Part shown: positions 8,497-22,296 of the stretch, one piece after another
Layout of the letters: the number at the start of each line of letters is the position of its first letter
Numbering within the stretch: the first letter of the stretch is position 1
Origin: Candidatus Aminicenantes bacterium UBA2190
GTDB taxonomy: Bacteria; Acidobacteriota; Aminicenantia; UBA2199
Length of the DNA: 64,000 nt
Assembly: GCA_002335385.1 (NCBI GenBank)
Contig: DCVK01000054.1
Location: forward strand, 27,597-91,596
Direction of reading: 5' to 3'
Position numbers and translations under genes: made by a program
Notes under the pieces: model-generated
Seen by the model: the letters and a program-made list of their open reading frames with translations, nothing else
Told to the model about the DNA's origin: nothing
Database searches by the model: none

Positions 8497-11400
8497 ACAT
8501 CTCCGGCTTCTCCATCCGCCGGCCGATCTTCACCGTGATGCTCACCCTGGCCATCGTGGCCATCGGCCTGGTGGCGGTCAGCCGTTTGCCCATCGACCTC
8601 ATGCCCGAAATCACGTTTCCCACCCTGGCCATCATGACCAGCTACGAGAACACCGGACCTGAGGAGATCGAGCAGATCATTACCCGCCCCATCGAGGAGG
8701 CCATGAGCGCCGTGCCCGGCGTGGAAGAGGTCTATTCGGTGTCTTCCGAGGGCAGCAGCAGCGTGCGCGTGATGTTCGCCTGGGGCACCGACCTGGACGC
8801 CGCCGCCGACGATGTGCGCGAAAGGCTGGACCGGGTGATCCCGCGCCTGCCCGACGACGTCGACCGGCCCATGCTGCGCAAGTTCGACCCGGCCATGATG
8901 CCCATCCTGCAGATCGGCGCCCTCAGCAACCTCGACCCCATCCAGACGCGGCGCATCATCGACGAGCAGATCCTCTACCGCCTCGAGCGCGTCCCCGGCG
9001 TGGCCTCGGTCGACGTCTGGGGCGGCCACGAGCGCGAGATCCAGGTCAACCTCGACGTGGACAAGATCAAGGCGCTGGGGCTGCCGCTGGACCTGATCAT
9101 CAGCGGCATCCGCGAGGGCAACGTCGACCTGCCCGCCGGGGTCATCGAGCGCGGCAACTACGAGATCCTGGTGCGCATCCCCGGCGTGTTCACCCACCTG
9201 GACGAAATCCGCGACACGGTCGTGGCCGTGCGCGGCGGCGTGCCCGTGCGCCTGAAGGAGATCGCCGAGATCGCGGACACCCACCGCAAGATCACGCGCG
9301 TCGTACGCGTTAACGGCGTGCCCGGCACCCGCCTGGCCGTCTACAAGCAGTCGGGGAAAAATACCGTGCAAGTGGCCGCCGGAGTGCTCAGGGAGATCGA
9401 GCGCATCCGCGAGGACCGGCCGCAGATCCAGCTCATCCCCGTGCGCGACAGCTCCGAGTACATCAAGCGGGCCATGGGCAACGTCAGCTCCACCGCCCTC
9501 TACGGCGGCCTGCTGGCCGTCCTCGTCCTCTTTGTCTTCCTGGGCAGCATCCGCAGCACCCTGGTCATCGCCACCGCCATTCCCATCTCGATCATCGCTA
9601 CCTTCGCCCTGATCTATTTCAACGGCTTCACCCTGAACATCATGACCCTGGGCGGGCTGGCGCTGGGCATCGGCATGCTGGTGGACAACGCCATCGTCGT
9701 GCTGGAGAACATCGTGCGCCTGAGGGAGGGGGGCGCGCCCCCGATGCAGGCGGCGCTGGACGGGGCCCACGAGGTCGGCGCGGCGGTCATCGCCAGCACC
9801 CTGACCACTCTGGCCGTGTTCATGCCCATGGTCTTCGTGCGCGGCATCGCCGGCATCATGTTCAAGCAGCTGGCCTTCGTGGTCAGCTTCTCCCTGATCT
9901 GCTCGCTGGTCGTCGCCCTCACCCTGGTACCCATGCTCTCCAGCCGTTTCCTGGGCCCGCCGAAGGCCCCGCGCTCGAGAATGGAAAAGTGGAAGGTGCG
10001 GACGGTCGCCTCCATCCAGGGCCGCCTGACCGTCCTGGAGAACGGCTACAAGCGGCTGCTGCACTGGGCGCTGGACCACCGGCTGCAGGTGCTGGGGACC
10101 GTGGGCCTGCTGCTGGTAGGCAGCATCGCCCTGGTGGGGCTGGTGGGCAGCGAGTTCATGCCGGCCACCGATGAGGGCGAGGTGCGGCTGAGCGTCGAGA
10201 TGGAGGTCGGCACGCGCCTGGCGGTCCTGGATGAGAAGTTCAAGGACATCGCCGCCATCGTGCGCCGCCAGGTCCCGGAGATGGTCAGCCTCGAGGAGAG
10301 CTTCGGCGGCGGCGGCTGGCGCTCGGGCTCGCACACCGGCAACTTCACCATCAAGCTGGCCCCGCGCCGGCAGCGCTCGCGCTCGAGCGAGGAGATTGCC
10401 ATGGACCTGCGCCGCAACCTGCAGGGCATCCCGGGCACCGTCATCCGCGCCCGCGCCGGCGGCGGCTTCTTCTTCATGGGCGGGGGCGGCAGCGAGGAGA
10501 GGGTGCAGGTGGAGGTGCGCGGCTTCGACCTGGAGAAGAGCGACGCCCTGGGGCAGCAGGTGAAGAGGGTCGTCGAGAGCGTGCGCGGCGTCTCCGACGT
10601 CCGCCTCAGCCGTGACCTGGGCAAGCCCGAGGAACTCCTGGTCATCGACCGCCACGCGGCCGCCGACATGAAGCTCTCGGTGAGCCGTATCGGCGGCACC
10701 CTCGAGACCGTGCTCTCCGGCACCCAGGCCAGCACCTTCCGCGAGGGGGGCGACGAGTACCGCATCCTGGTCAAGGTCAAGGACGCCGAGACCATGACCA
10801 TGGAGGATATCCTCGACCTGACGCTGACCAACAGCGACGGCCAGCCGGTCAGCCTGCGCAATGTCGTCGCCGTCAAGGCGCGCAGCGGCCCGCAGCGCAT
10901 CGAACGCCGCGATCGCGAGCGCGTACTGACCATCGCCGGCGACATCGAGGACCGCGACCTCGGCTCCGTCCTGGCCGACATCCGCTCGGGTTTGCGCCGC
11001 GTCCCCGTTCCCCGCGATTTCGCCGTCACCTTTACCGGAGATTACGAGGAGCAGCAAAAGGCATTCCGCGAGCTGCTGGTCAGCATCATCCTGGCCCTGA
11101 TGCTGGTCTACATGATCATGGCCATGCAGTTCGAGTCGGTGCGCGACCCCTTCATCGTCATGTTCTCGGTGCCGCTGGCCGTCATCGGCGTCGTCTGGAT
11201 GCTGCTGATCACCGGCACCACCTTCAACATGCAGTCCTATATCGGCTGCATCATGCTGGGCGGGATCGTGGTCAACAACGCCATTCTGCTGGTGGACCAT
11301 ACCAACCTGCTGCGCCGTCGCGACAAGCTGCCGGTGCGCGAGGCCATCGAGGAAGCAGGGCGGCGGCGCCTGCGCCCCATCCTGATGACCGCCTCGACCA

Positions 11401-11573
11401 CCATCCTGGCCATGATGCCTTTGGCCTTGGGGATAGCGGAGGGAAGCGAAGCCCAGGCGCCCATGGCCCGCGCCGTGGTCGGCGGCCTGCTGAGCGCGGC
11501 CCTGATCACCCTGCTCGTCATCCCCATCGTCTATTCGCTGTTCGAGGGGAAAAAAGACAAAGTCCGGTCATAG
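8493..11573 (+). CDS. RND efflux permease, AcrB/AcrD/AcrF (SwrC-like) family
   Basis: SIRRPI start, [34 protein letters not shown]; 1026 aa. Confidence 0.95.
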   Translation: MNISGFSIRRPIFTVMLTLAIVAIGLVAVSRLPIDLMPEITFPTLAIMTSYENTGPEEIEQIITRPIEEAMSAVPGVEEVYSVSSEGSSSVRVMFAWGTDLDAAADDVRERLDRVIPRLPDDVDRPMLRKFDPAMMPILQIGALSNLDPIQTRRIIDEQILYRLERVPGVASVDVWGGHEREIQVNLDVDKIKALGLPLDLIISGIREGNVDLPAGVIERGNYEILVRIPGVFTHLDEIRDTVVAVRGGVPVRLKEIAEIADTHRKITRVVRVNGVPGTRLAVYKQSGKNTVQVAAGVLREIERIREDRPQIQLIPVRDSSEYIKRAMGNVSSTALYGGLLAVLVLFVFLGSIRSTLVIATAIPISIIATFALIYFNGFTLNIMTLGGLALGIGMLVDNAIVVLENIVRLREGGAPPMQAALDGAHEVGAAVIASTLTTLAVFMPMVFVRGIAGIMFKQLAFVVSFSLICSLVVALTLVPMLSSRFLGPPKAPRSRMEKWKVRTVASIQGRLTVLENGYKRLLHWALDHRLQVLGTVGLLLVGSIALVGLVGSEFMPATDEGEVRLSVEMEVGTRLAVLDEKFKDIAAIVRRQVPEMVSLEESFGGGGWRSGSHTGNFTIKLAPRRQRSRSSEEIAMDLRRNLQGIPGTVIRARAGGGFFFMGGGGSEERVQVEVRGFDLEKSDALGQQVKRVVESVRGVSDVRLSRDLGKPEELLVIDRHAAADMKLSVSRIGGTLETVLSGTQASTFREGGDEYRILVKVKDAETMTMEDILDLTLTNSDGQPVSLRNVVAVKARSGPQRIERRDRERVLTIAGDIEDRDLGSVLADIRSGLRRVPVPRDFAVTFTGDYEEQQKAFRELLVSIILALMLVYMIMAMQFESVRDPFIVMFSVPLAVIGVVWMLLITGTTFNMQSYIGCIMLGGIVVNNAILLVDHTNLLRRRDKLPVREAIEEAGRRRLRPILMTASTTILAMMPLALGIAEGSEAQAPMARAVVGGLLSAALITLLVIPIVYSLFEGKKDKVRS

Positions 11574-11606
11574 GCACCTTGCCCATGAAGAAGAGTTCCC
11601 CGCTGT

Positions 11607-11635
11607 TTGCCGGAGCCCCTCTTTTGCGCTAGAAT
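11607..11635 (+). promoter_or_regulatory. Sigma70-like promoter
   Basis: TTGCCG-17-TAGAAT upstream of GGAGG and ATG 11655. Confidence 0.5.
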
Positions 11636-11654
11636 CGGGTCCTGGAGGTGCCGC

Positions 11655-11807
11655 ATGGCCGAAACTCTGGAGATCGTCCAAGGCGAAAAGAAGCTGCTTT
11701 TATCCCGGATGGCCGGGTGCCGCGGCCCGATCGCCCGTACATGGACCGGCCCCTCCGTTCATTTCGCGAGGTCCCGGGAGGGTTTCCCTGTCGCAGGCGG
11801 CGCATGA
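11655..11807 (+). CDS. 50-aa ORF (small protein or gene remnant) coupled to next gene
   Basis: GGAGG RBS, own promoter, ATGA overlap with 11804 gene; no recognisable domain. Confidence 0.4.
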   Translation: MAETLEIVQGEKKLLLSRMAGCRGPIARTWTGPSVHFARSREGFPVAGGA

Positions 11808-12976
11808 ACAGGGGGATCTACATCGCGGGTGCGGGCAAGGATGCGGGGAAGACGACACTCTGCCTGGGCCTCGCCGGGGTCTTCAATAACCTGGTCGAGG
11901 GCGGCGTGTCGTTCTTCAAGCCCCTGGGTCAGAAGATCACGGTGGTCGACGGCGAATCGGTGGGACAGGATGCCTGGTTCATCTCCAAGGCCCTCGGGCT
12001 TTCCTTTTCCCACATGGAATCGACCCCTTTGCTGGCATCCCGGGGTGCTGCCGAGAGATATGTGAGAACCGGTGAGCCGCGCGGCATGCGGGACGCCGTG
12101 AAACGGTCATTCAAAAACTATCAGAAGAACAGCGGCCTGGTTCTGGTGGAGGGAACCGGTCATCCGGGTGTCGGGTCGGTTTTCGACCTGGGAAACGCCA
12201 GGGTGGCCTCCGGGCTGGGGATCCCGGTCATCCTGGTCCTGGATGGGGGAGTGGGAAGCACCATCGACAGTTTCTGCCTCTGTCAGGCGCTGTTCAAAAC
12301 TCATGGCGTTCCCCTGCTCGGGGTGGTGATCAACCGGGTGCTCCCTGCGAAAATGGAGGCCGTGGCTCCGGTACTGCGAATGTGGTTCGGCGAGCAGGGC
12401 ATCCCTGTGTTCGGCATACTTCCCTTCGAGGAGCGGATCGCCCGGCCGTCCATTGCCACGATCACCCGGGAGATCGGCGCCTCGCCGCTCTTCAGCTCCG
12501 CTGCCGCACCCGCCGCCGGCGGCTCGGGATTCATCGCTGCCTTTGATTCTTCGGAGGAAGTTCTCAGGAAACTGGAATCCGAGGCGGGAAAGGCCCTGCT
12601 GGTGAGCCATACAAGGCCCGATGTGATGGACGCCGTGATCGTGTCACGGCTCTCGGGAGGGCCCTGCCCTCCGGTCATGGTGGCCTGCGGGGGAGCTCCG
12701 GATCATCGGCGGCAGGCCGCCTGCAGCGCAGCGGGAATTCCGCTTTACTACACCGGAAGCAGCCTGGAGGGGTCGGCGCTGAAGCTTTCCCGCAATCTGT
12801 TCAAGATAGAACCCGATGAAGATGAAAAGATCGCCTCGATCATCGCGATGGTGACGCGGGAGGTGGACACCGAGGCGATTCTCAAGGCCCTGGAGGACCC
12901 TGGCGGCTCTTCCCGGCGAAAATCAGGTCTGGGCATCATCGGATTTCTGAAGCGACTGTTCCGCCGCAGAGATTAG
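11804..12976 (+). CDS. BioD-like P-loop (AAA_26) protein, stand-alone phosphotransacetylase N-terminal-type
   Basis: GKDAGKT Walker A, FFKPLG, VLVEGTGHPGVGSVFDL.NA.VA, GVVINRV; no Pta catalytic domain. Confidence 0.8.
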   Translation: MNRGIYIAGAGKDAGKTTLCLGLAGVFNNLVEGGVSFFKPLGQKITVVDGESVGQDAWFISKALGLSFSHMESTPLLASRGAAERYVRTGEPRGMRDAVKRSFKNYQKNSGLVLVEGTGHPGVGSVFDLGNARVASGLGIPVILVLDGGVGSTIDSFCLCQALFKTHGVPLLGVVINRVLPAKMEAVAPVLRMWFGEQGIPVFGILPFEERIARPSIATITREIGASPLFSSAAAPAAGGSGFIAAFDSSEEVLRKLESEAGKALLVSHTRPDVMDAVIVSRLSGGPCPPVMVACGGAPDHRRQAACSAAGIPLYYTGSSLEGSALKLSRNLFKIEPDEDEKIASIIAMVTREVDTEAILKALEDPGGSSRRKSGLGIIGFLKRLFRRRD

Positions 12977-13143
12977 AAATCGGAATCGCGTAGGCGACGG
13001 ATGGAGCAAACCGCCGGCATGTCATTTGACAGCCTTTGCCTGATTATGATACCATTTTTCTTGATCGGTCCCGGAAAAGCCGCTGGGGTTCCGCTGCTCC
13101 CGTTTCCGGGTCTTTTCCCGAATAACCAAGGAGAAAAATCATC

Positions 13144-16677
<3,534 letters not shown>

Positions 16678-16708
16678 GGGCGCCGGATAGGCGGAGCAAG
16701 GGAGCGCC

Positions 16709-17329
16709 ATGGCCGTCGACATCCAGCACATCCACCTGGAACACCCGCACCGCCGGCTGCTGCAGCATGCCGCGCGCGTTCTGGAGGGCGGCGGCCTGAT
16801 CGTCTACCCGACCGACACCATTTACGGGCTGGGCGCCGACCTGTTCAACAAGGGGGCCATGGAGCGCATCTTCAAGCTGAAGCAGGCCTCCAAGCACAAG
16901 CTGCTCAGCTTCATCTGCCCCGACCTGGCCGCCGTGGCCGATTGGGCCTGTCTGCCCACAAGCTCCTACCGCATCCTGCGCCGGGTCACGCCGGGCAAGT
17001 ACACCTTCGTCCTGCGCGCCAGCAAGCAGGTGCCCAAGATCCTGCTGCAGAAGCGGCCGACGGTCGGGGTGCGCATCCCCGACTCGGCGGTGGCATTGGG
17101 CCTGGTCCGCGAGCTGGGCCGGCCGCTGCTCTCCACCTCGGTGCCCCAGGGCGCGGACGACTACTTCACCGACCCGCAGGAGATCGCCGCCAGCTTCCGC
17201 CACGACATCGACCTGGTCCTTGACGCCGGGGTGCTGGCCAACGTGCCGTCCACGATCATCGACCTGAGCGGGCCGGAACCGGTCCTGCTGCGCGCCGGCG
17301 CCGGCGCTACCGAGCCCTTCGGCCTGTGA
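16709..17329 (+). CDS. Sua5/YciO/YrdC family protein (YciO-like)
   Basis: YPTDTIYGL, PGKYTFVL, VGVRIPD, LLSTS, PSTIIDL. Confidence 0.88.
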   Translation: MAVDIQHIHLEHPHRRLLQHAARVLEGGGLIVYPTDTIYGLGADLFNKGAMERIFKLKQASKHKLLSFICPDLAAVADWACLPTSSYRILRRVTPGKYTFVLRASKQVPKILLQKRPTVGVRIPDSAVALGLVRELGRPLLSTSVPQGADDYFTDPQEIAASFRHDIDLVLDAGVLANVPSTIIDLSGPEPVLLRAGAGATEPFGL

Positions 17330-17348
17330 GCGGCGGCCGCGCGCCGGT

Positions 17349-17377
17349 TTGCATTTCGCCCGGCCGCGCGGTACAAT
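17349..17377 (+). promoter_or_regulatory. Sigma70-like promoter of pgsA operon
   Basis: TTGCAT-17-TACAAT, 14 nt before ATG 17392. Confidence 0.65.
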
Positions 17378-17391
17378 AGCCCGGGGTGCAT

Positions 17392-17931
17392 ATGACAAAG
17401 GCCAACATCATCACCATCATCCGCATCATCATGGTCCCGTTCGTGCTGGTCATCCTGCTGACCGAAATGGAGAACAAGGAGTTCATCGCCTTTGCCGTGT
17501 TCGTCATCGCCGCGGTGACCGACTCCATCGACGGCTACGTCGCCCGCAAGTACAACCAGGTCAGCGACCTGGGCAAGTTCCTCGACCCCATGGCCGACAA
17601 GCTGCTGGTGGCGGCGGCGCTGATCGCGCTGGTCTACCTGCAGGAGGTGGCGACCTGGGTGGCGGCGATCATCATCCTGCGCGAGCTGTTCATCTCGGTC
17701 TTCCGCTTCTATTACCTGGTCAATGACGCCTCTTTCTCGGCCTCGCTGCCGGCCAAGCTCAAGACCACGTTCCAGATCATCGCCCTGGCCATCCTGATCA
17801 TCTACCGCAAGCTGCCGTTTGCGGACTACCTGCGGCTGCTGGGGGAGGCGACCCTCTATATCGCCGTGATCCTGACCGTCTACAGCGGTGCCGAGTACAT
17901 CATCCGCCTCAGCCGCCCCGTCAAGAAATAG
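17392..17931 (+). CDS. pgsA: CDP-diacylglycerol--glycerol-3-phosphate 3-phosphatidyltransferase
   Basis: NIITIIRI, DSIDGYVARK...S.LGKFLDPMADK CDP-alcohol phosphotransferase motif, RE, KLKT..Q. Confidence 0.92.
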   Translation: MTKANIITIIRIIMVPFVLVILLTEMENKEFIAFAVFVIAAVTDSIDGYVARKYNQVSDLGKFLDPMADKLLVAAALIALVYLQEVATWVAAIIILRELFISVFRFYYLVNDASFSASLPAKLKTTFQIIALAILIIYRKLPFADYLRLLGEATLYIAVILTVYSGAEYIIRLSRPVKK

Positions 17932-17933
17932 CC

Positions 17934-18887
17934 ATGCCCTACCCGAAATACCGGCCGCTGGACCGCAAGAAGATGAAGACCGTCTCCATCAAGGAGCGGC
18001 GCTCCCTGGTCCGCCTGCAGGATTTCCCCAAGCCCTGCCTGCCCGGCGCCGACTTCCGCCAGTTCCTCGACTCCCTGCCTCCCTACCTGGCCGCCCGCGA
18101 CCTGCGCGAGCTGGTGGACCTGCTGGGGCAGGCCAGGAAGAAGAACCGGCCGATCATCTGGGCCATGGGCGCGCACGTGGTCAAGCTGGGCCTGGGGCCG
18201 CTGCTCATCGACCTGATGCAGCGCGGCTGGGTCTCGGCCATCGCCAGCAACGGCGCCATGATGATCCACGACTTCGAGCTGGCCCTGGCCGGGCACACTT
18301 CCGAGGACGTCGACGGCAACCTGCTGCAGGGGACCTACGGCAACACCGAAGAGACCGGGCTCTTCCTGAACCTGGCCCTGAAGGACGGGCTGGCGCAGGG
18401 CATGGGTGCCGGCGAGTCGGTGGGACACTACCTGATCCAGGCCCAGTTTCCGCACCTGGAGGACAGCGTCCTGTTCAACGCCTACCGGCTGAACATCCCG
18501 GTCACCATCCACCCGGCCATCGGCACCGACTTCATCCATTACCACCCCATGTTCTCCGGCGAGGTCACCGGCGCCCTGGCCGAACGCGACTTCCAGTTGC
18601 TGGCCTCCATCGTTTCCGAGCTGGGCGACGGCGGCGTCTTCCTCAACATCGGCTCGGCGGTCATCCTGCCCGAGGTGTTCCTCAAGGCCGTCTCCTTCTG
18701 TGCCGCCCAGGGGATCGTGCTGCAAAAGTTCCACACCGCCGTATTCGACTTCCAGCGCCACTACCGGCCGCAGGAGAATGTCTGCCGGCGGCCGACCGCC
18801 CGCGGCGGCAAGGGCTTCTATTTCGTCGGCCCGCACGAGATCCTGGTGCCGCTGCTGGCGGCCATGATCCTGAACCGCCATCCCTAG
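17934..18887 (+). CDS. Deoxyhypusine-synthase-like protein
   Basis: MGAHVVKLG, NGA..IHDFE, TSEDV, IGTDFIH, NIGSAVILPEVFLKA, G.HEI: DHS-like NAD-binding fold family. Confidence 0.7.
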   Translation: MPYPKYRPLDRKKMKTVSIKERRSLVRLQDFPKPCLPGADFRQFLDSLPPYLAARDLRELVDLLGQARKKNRPIIWAMGAHVVKLGLGPLLIDLMQRGWVSAIASNGAMMIHDFELALAGHTSEDVDGNLLQGTYGNTEETGLFLNLALKDGLAQGMGAGESVGHYLIQAQFPHLEDSVLFNAYRLNIPVTIHPAIGTDFIHYHPMFSGEVTGALAERDFQLLASIVSELGDGGVFLNIGSAVILPEVFLKAVSFCAAQGIVLQKFHTAVFDFQRHYRPQENVCRRPTARGGKGFYFVGPHEILVPLLAAMILNRHP

Positions 18888-18902
18888 GTCCGGCCGCGAG
18901 CC

Positions 18903-20207
18903 ATGGATCCGCGCAGCGACATTTTCCCCCTGGCCGACAGGCTGCGACCGCAGCGACTCTCCGAGTTCATCGGCCAGGAGCACCTGACCGGGCGGCAGAA
19001 GATCATCCAGGCCCTGATTCAGGGCCGGAACCTGGCCTCGATGATCTTCTGGGGGCCGCCGGGCACGGGCAAGACGACGCTGGCGCGCATCCTGGTGCGC
19101 GCGGCCGGCTGCCCTTCGACCGAGTTCTCGGCCACGGTCTCGGGCATCGCCGAGATCAAAAAGATGATGGCGGGCGCCAAGACGCCGCGCCTGGGAACGA
19201 AGCAGCCCCTGGCGCTGTTCGTCGACGAGATCCACCATTTCAACCGCAGCGTGCAGGACGCCTTCCTGCCGTACGTCGAGCGCGGCGACGTCATCCTGCT
19301 GGGGACGACCACCGAGAACCCGGCCTACAAGATCAACCGCGCCCTGCTGTCGCGGCTGAAGATCCTGGAACTGTTCCCGCTCAATGACGAGGACCTGCGG
19401 CGCATCCTGGAAAAGGCCCTGGCCTTTATCCGCGAGCGTGCCCAGGCCGAGCTGCGCTTCACTCCCCAAGCCGAGGCGGTGATCATCGGCTACAGCAGCG
19501 GCGACGGGCGCCGTCTGCTCAACCTGGTGGAGATCGTTTTCCAGACGACCGAGCCGGGAAAGCCCGTAGACGAGGACGCGGTCCTCGCCATCATCCAGAA
19601 CAAGGTCGCCGGCTACGACCGCACGGGCGACGACCGCTACCAGACCATATCGGCCCTGCACAAGAGCGTGCGCAACTCCGATGTCGACGCGGCGCTGTTC
19701 TGGCTGTACCGCATGCTGCAGGGGGGGGAGGACCCGCTCTACATCCTGCGGCGCCTGGTGCGCATGGCCGTGGAGGACATCGGCCTCGCCGATCCCGATG
19801 CGCTGCGCGTCTGCCTCGGTGCCAAGGAAGCCTACGAGTTCCTGGGCTCGCCCGAGGGCGACCTGTTCCTCACCGAGGCGGCCGTCTACCTGGCGCTGGC
19901 GCCCAAGAGCAACGCCCTGTACATGGCCGACGGCAAGTTGAAAAAGCTGGCCGAAAAGTACAAGATGCTGCCCGTGCCGCTAGCAATCGTCAACCCCGAC
20001 AACTTCATCGCCGCCGGCAAGGGGGCGGGCAGGGAATATGTATACGCCCACGACCTGCCCGAAAAGACCTCGCTGCTCCAGACCCTGCCCGCTGGCGTCA
20101 AGGAGAAGGATTTCTACGAGCCCGGCTCCATGGGCTTTGAGAAGCACATCCGCGAGCGCATGGCCTATTGGAAGAAAATAAAAGAAGCAATGAAGAAGAA
20201 GATATGA
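18903..20207 (+). CDS. rarA: Replication-associated recombination protein A (MgsA/RarA)
   Basis: PLADRLRP, GPPGTGKTT, DEIH.FN..QD, TTENP, ISALHKSVR, EDIGLADP, YAHD. Confidence 0.95.
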   Translation: MDPRSDIFPLADRLRPQRLSEFIGQEHLTGRQKIIQALIQGRNLASMIFWGPPGTGKTTLARILVRAAGCPSTEFSATVSGIAEIKKMMAGAKTPRLGTKQPLALFVDEIHHFNRSVQDAFLPYVERGDVILLGTTTENPAYKINRALLSRLKILELFPLNDEDLRRILEKALAFIRERAQAELRFTPQAEAVIIGYSSGDGRRLLNLVEIVFQTTEPGKPVDEDAVLAIIQNKVAGYDRTGDDRYQTISALHKSVRNSDVDAALFWLYRMLQGGEDPLYILRRLVRMAVEDIGLADPDALRVCLGAKEAYEFLGSPEGDLFLTEAAVYLALAPKSNALYMADGKLKKLAEKYKMLPVPLAIVNPDNFIAAGKGAGREYVYAHDLPEKTSLLQTLPAGVKEKDFYEPGSMGFEKHIRERMAYWKKIKEAMKKKI

Positions 20208-20213
20208 GTTCTC

Positions 20214-20348
20214 GGTCCACGGTTGACGGTAGACGGTTCACGGTAAGAATTAAAGGAAATAATCTGACAGATGATTACGGACCGAAGTGAGAGCATGAAT
20301 TTCTTTTTTCATTTCTTGCCGTTCACCGTAAACCGTACACCGTAAACC
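20214..20348. repeat. Palindromic heptamer element: 5x GGTNNAC-type arm and inverted 5x GTNNACC arm
   Basis: ggtccac ggttgac ggtagac ggttcac ggtaaga (20214-20248) ... tcttgcc gttcacc gtaaacc gtacacc gtaaacc (20314-20348), AT-rich spacer. Confidence 0.9.
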
Positions 20349-20395
20349 AAGCCCCTGATATTGTTTTGCGTTCATTTATGTGGTAATTACTGCAC

Positions 20396-20770
20396 ATGAA
20401 CGTGCAACTGTTGCCGGCGGCGCTGGAGGACATCGCGGTCCTGCGCGCTTCCGGCTATCGCGGCGCGGGCTTCCTGCTGGGCACGGAGATCGGCCGTTCG
20501 ATCCTGATCGAGCGGCTCCTGCCCCTGGATTTCGGCCGCGCGGGCGGCGACGCCGCCCATGCCGCCGCCTTCCGGCAATACGAAGGGCGGCTGCAGGGGG
20601 AGTTCTTCTGCCGCAAGCCGCCGGTCGCCCTGGAATGGTCCATCGGCGACCTGATCCTCGCCGTGGGCCTCAAGGAGATTCGGGCCTTCACTTGTGAATT
20701 CGATCCTTCCAGGAAGAAGGCGCACCTGGCGCCGCTTCTGGAAGAAGCAGGGGCAGAATGGCGGAATTGA
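20396..20770 (+). CDS. Hypothetical protein, possibly degenerate JAB/MPN fold
   Basis: First gene of overlapping operon; GAGFLLG...ILIERLLP pattern echoes JAB 'E.CG.LLG...V', but HxH ligands absent. Confidence 0.55.
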   Translation: MNVQLLPAALEDIAVLRASGYRGAGFLLGTEIGRSILIERLLPLDFGRAGGDAAHAAAFRQYEGRLQGEFFCRKPPVALEWSIGDLILAVGLKEIRAFTCEFDPSRKKAHLAPLLEEAGAEWRN

Positions 20771-21357
20771 GCGGGACGGACAGGAAAGCGCTCCTGGCGC
20801 TGGCCCGGGAGACCATCGGCAGGCAACTGGCTTCGGGAGAGCGCGGCGGCGAACCCGTCCCCCCAAGGGGACGGCGGCCTGACGACCCGCCAGCTCCGGC
20901 GCCGGTGTTCCTGGAGAAACGCGGCGTCTTCGTCACCCTGCACCGCGGCGGCGAACTGCGCGGCTGCATCGGCTACCCGCTGCCCGTGAAGCCGCTCTGG
21001 GAGGCCGTGCGCGAGATGGCCCTGGCCGCCGCCTTCGAGGATCCGCGCTTCCCCGCCGTCGGCAGCGAAGAACTGCCCGAACTCGACATCGAGATCTCGG
21101 TCCTGACCGTCCCGCGACCGGTGGCCGGCCCGATGGACGTGCGGGTCGGCGTCGACGGCATCATCGTCAGCAAGGGGCTGCATCGCGGCCTGCTGCTGCC
21201 CCAGGTGCCGCTCGAGCAGGGCTGGGACCTGGAGCAGTACATTTCCTGCGGCTGCCGCAAGGCGGGCCTGGACCCGGACGAATGGCAGCGGGGGGTGGGC
21301 ATCGAAACCTTCCAGGCGGTCGTTTTCGGCGAAAAAAAACACGCGGAGGACGCATGA
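20758..21357 (+). CDS. amrA: AmmeMemoRadiSam system protein A (AMMECR1 family)
   Basis: GVFVTL, LRGCIG, AAFEDPRF, IEISVL, GLLLPQV, KAGL. Confidence 0.93.
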   Translation: MAELSGTDRKALLALARETIGRQLASGERGGEPVPPRGRRPDDPPAPAPVFLEKRGVFVTLHRGGELRGCIGYPLPVKPLWEAVREMALAAAFEDPRFPAVGSEELPELDIEISVLTVPRPVAGPMDVRVGVDGIIVSKGLHRGLLLPQVPLEQGWDLEQYISCGCRKAGLDPDEWQRGVGIETFQAVVFGEKKHAEDA

Positions 21358-21758
21358 GCAGCTACCAGACCATCGAGTTGAAGAGCACGCAGAAGATCGA
21401 GTTCATCGATATCATCGCCCCGGTGCGGGAGATGCTGCGCAACGGCAAGTGCGCCTCGGGCATCCTGCTGGTCTACACGCCGCACACCACCGCCGCCGTG
21501 ACCATCAACGAAAACGCCGACCCGGACGTGCCGCATGACATCGGCGAGTTCCTCAAGCGCCTGGCGCCCAGGCAGGATTATTTCCGGCACGGCGAGGGCA
21601 ACTCGCCGGCGCACATCATGTCCAGCCTGGTGGGCGCCTCGGAGACCCTGGTGGTGAACAACGGCGAGCTCATCCTCGGCTCCTGGCAGGGGATCTTCTT
21701 CTGCGAGTTCGACGGCCCGCGCCAGCGCCGCGTCTTTCTGAAGTTCATCAGCGGCTGA
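21354..21758 (+). CDS. yjbQ: UPF0047/YjbQ family protein
   Basis: PHTTAAVTINENADPDV, H.EGNS.AH, LGSWQGIFFCEFDGPR. Confidence 0.93.
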   Translation: MSSYQTIELKSTQKIEFIDIIAPVREMLRNGKCASGILLVYTPHTTAAVTINENADPDVPHDIGEFLKRLAPRQDYFRHGEGNSPAHIMSSLVGASETLVVNNGELILGSWQGIFFCEFDGPRQRRVFLKFISG

Positions 21759-21768
21759 TCCCCGGGCC

Positions 21769-22296
21769 ATGAACGAGCCAGCCGATCGCCCTGCCAGTCG
21801 GAATCGCCGCTGGCCGGTTTTTTTCCTCCTGGTCCCGGCGGCGGTCTCGGTGTTCCTGCACGCGACGAAATTTCTCCGTTCCCGGGAATGCGCGCAGCTT
21901 TCCCGAAAATATCAACGGCTGCCCGTTGAGAAGCCGATCGCCAGCACCAAGGCCCGGCGCGCCCTCCACTATCAGATCGGTTATTTTCTCGCATATCCCG
22001 CGGCGGCCTCCTATGCCGCTGCCGACCTTGTTCGCCGTATGGATGACATTGCCCCGCCGCTGCAGCTGCTCGCCGTCCAGGTCGATCCTGGCCTCCACGA
22101 CCTGAGCTTCGAACTGACCGTCGGGATCGCCCACGCCGGCCCGCGGTCGGCGCGTCGCCAGTTCGCCGCTTTCCTGCAAAGGCTCGGGAGCGTACCGGGG
22201 GTATTCCAGGCCGAGCCCTCCCCGGTGCCCCCCGCCCGCGGCGAGAGCGGCCTGCGCGTCTTCGTCGCCAGCGGTCGGGCGGAGCTGCAGCCATGA
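21769..22296 (+). CDS. Membrane-anchored hypothetical protein, PilN/GspL-like
   Basis: N-terminal TM, helical linker, ferredoxin-like C-terminal pattern (LLAVQV..LSFELTVG...QFAAFLQRL...VF); ATGA overlap with next gene. Confidence 0.5.
   Translation: MNEPADRPASRNRRWPVFFLLVPAAVSVFLHATKFLRSRECAQLSRKYQRLPVEKPIASTKARRALHYQIGYFLAYPAAASYAAADLVRRMDDIAPPLQLLAVQVDPGLHDLSFELTVGIAHAGPRSARRQFAAFLQRLGSVPGVFQAEPSPVPPARGESGLRVFVASGRAELQP

Noticed and set aside
8400-11300. Very long antisense ORFs (e.g. 8400-11300, 17880-19661, 24520-26664, 55781-57493, 61342-63108)
   Set aside because: Shadow frames of GC3-biased genes on the opposite strand; no motifs or RBS.
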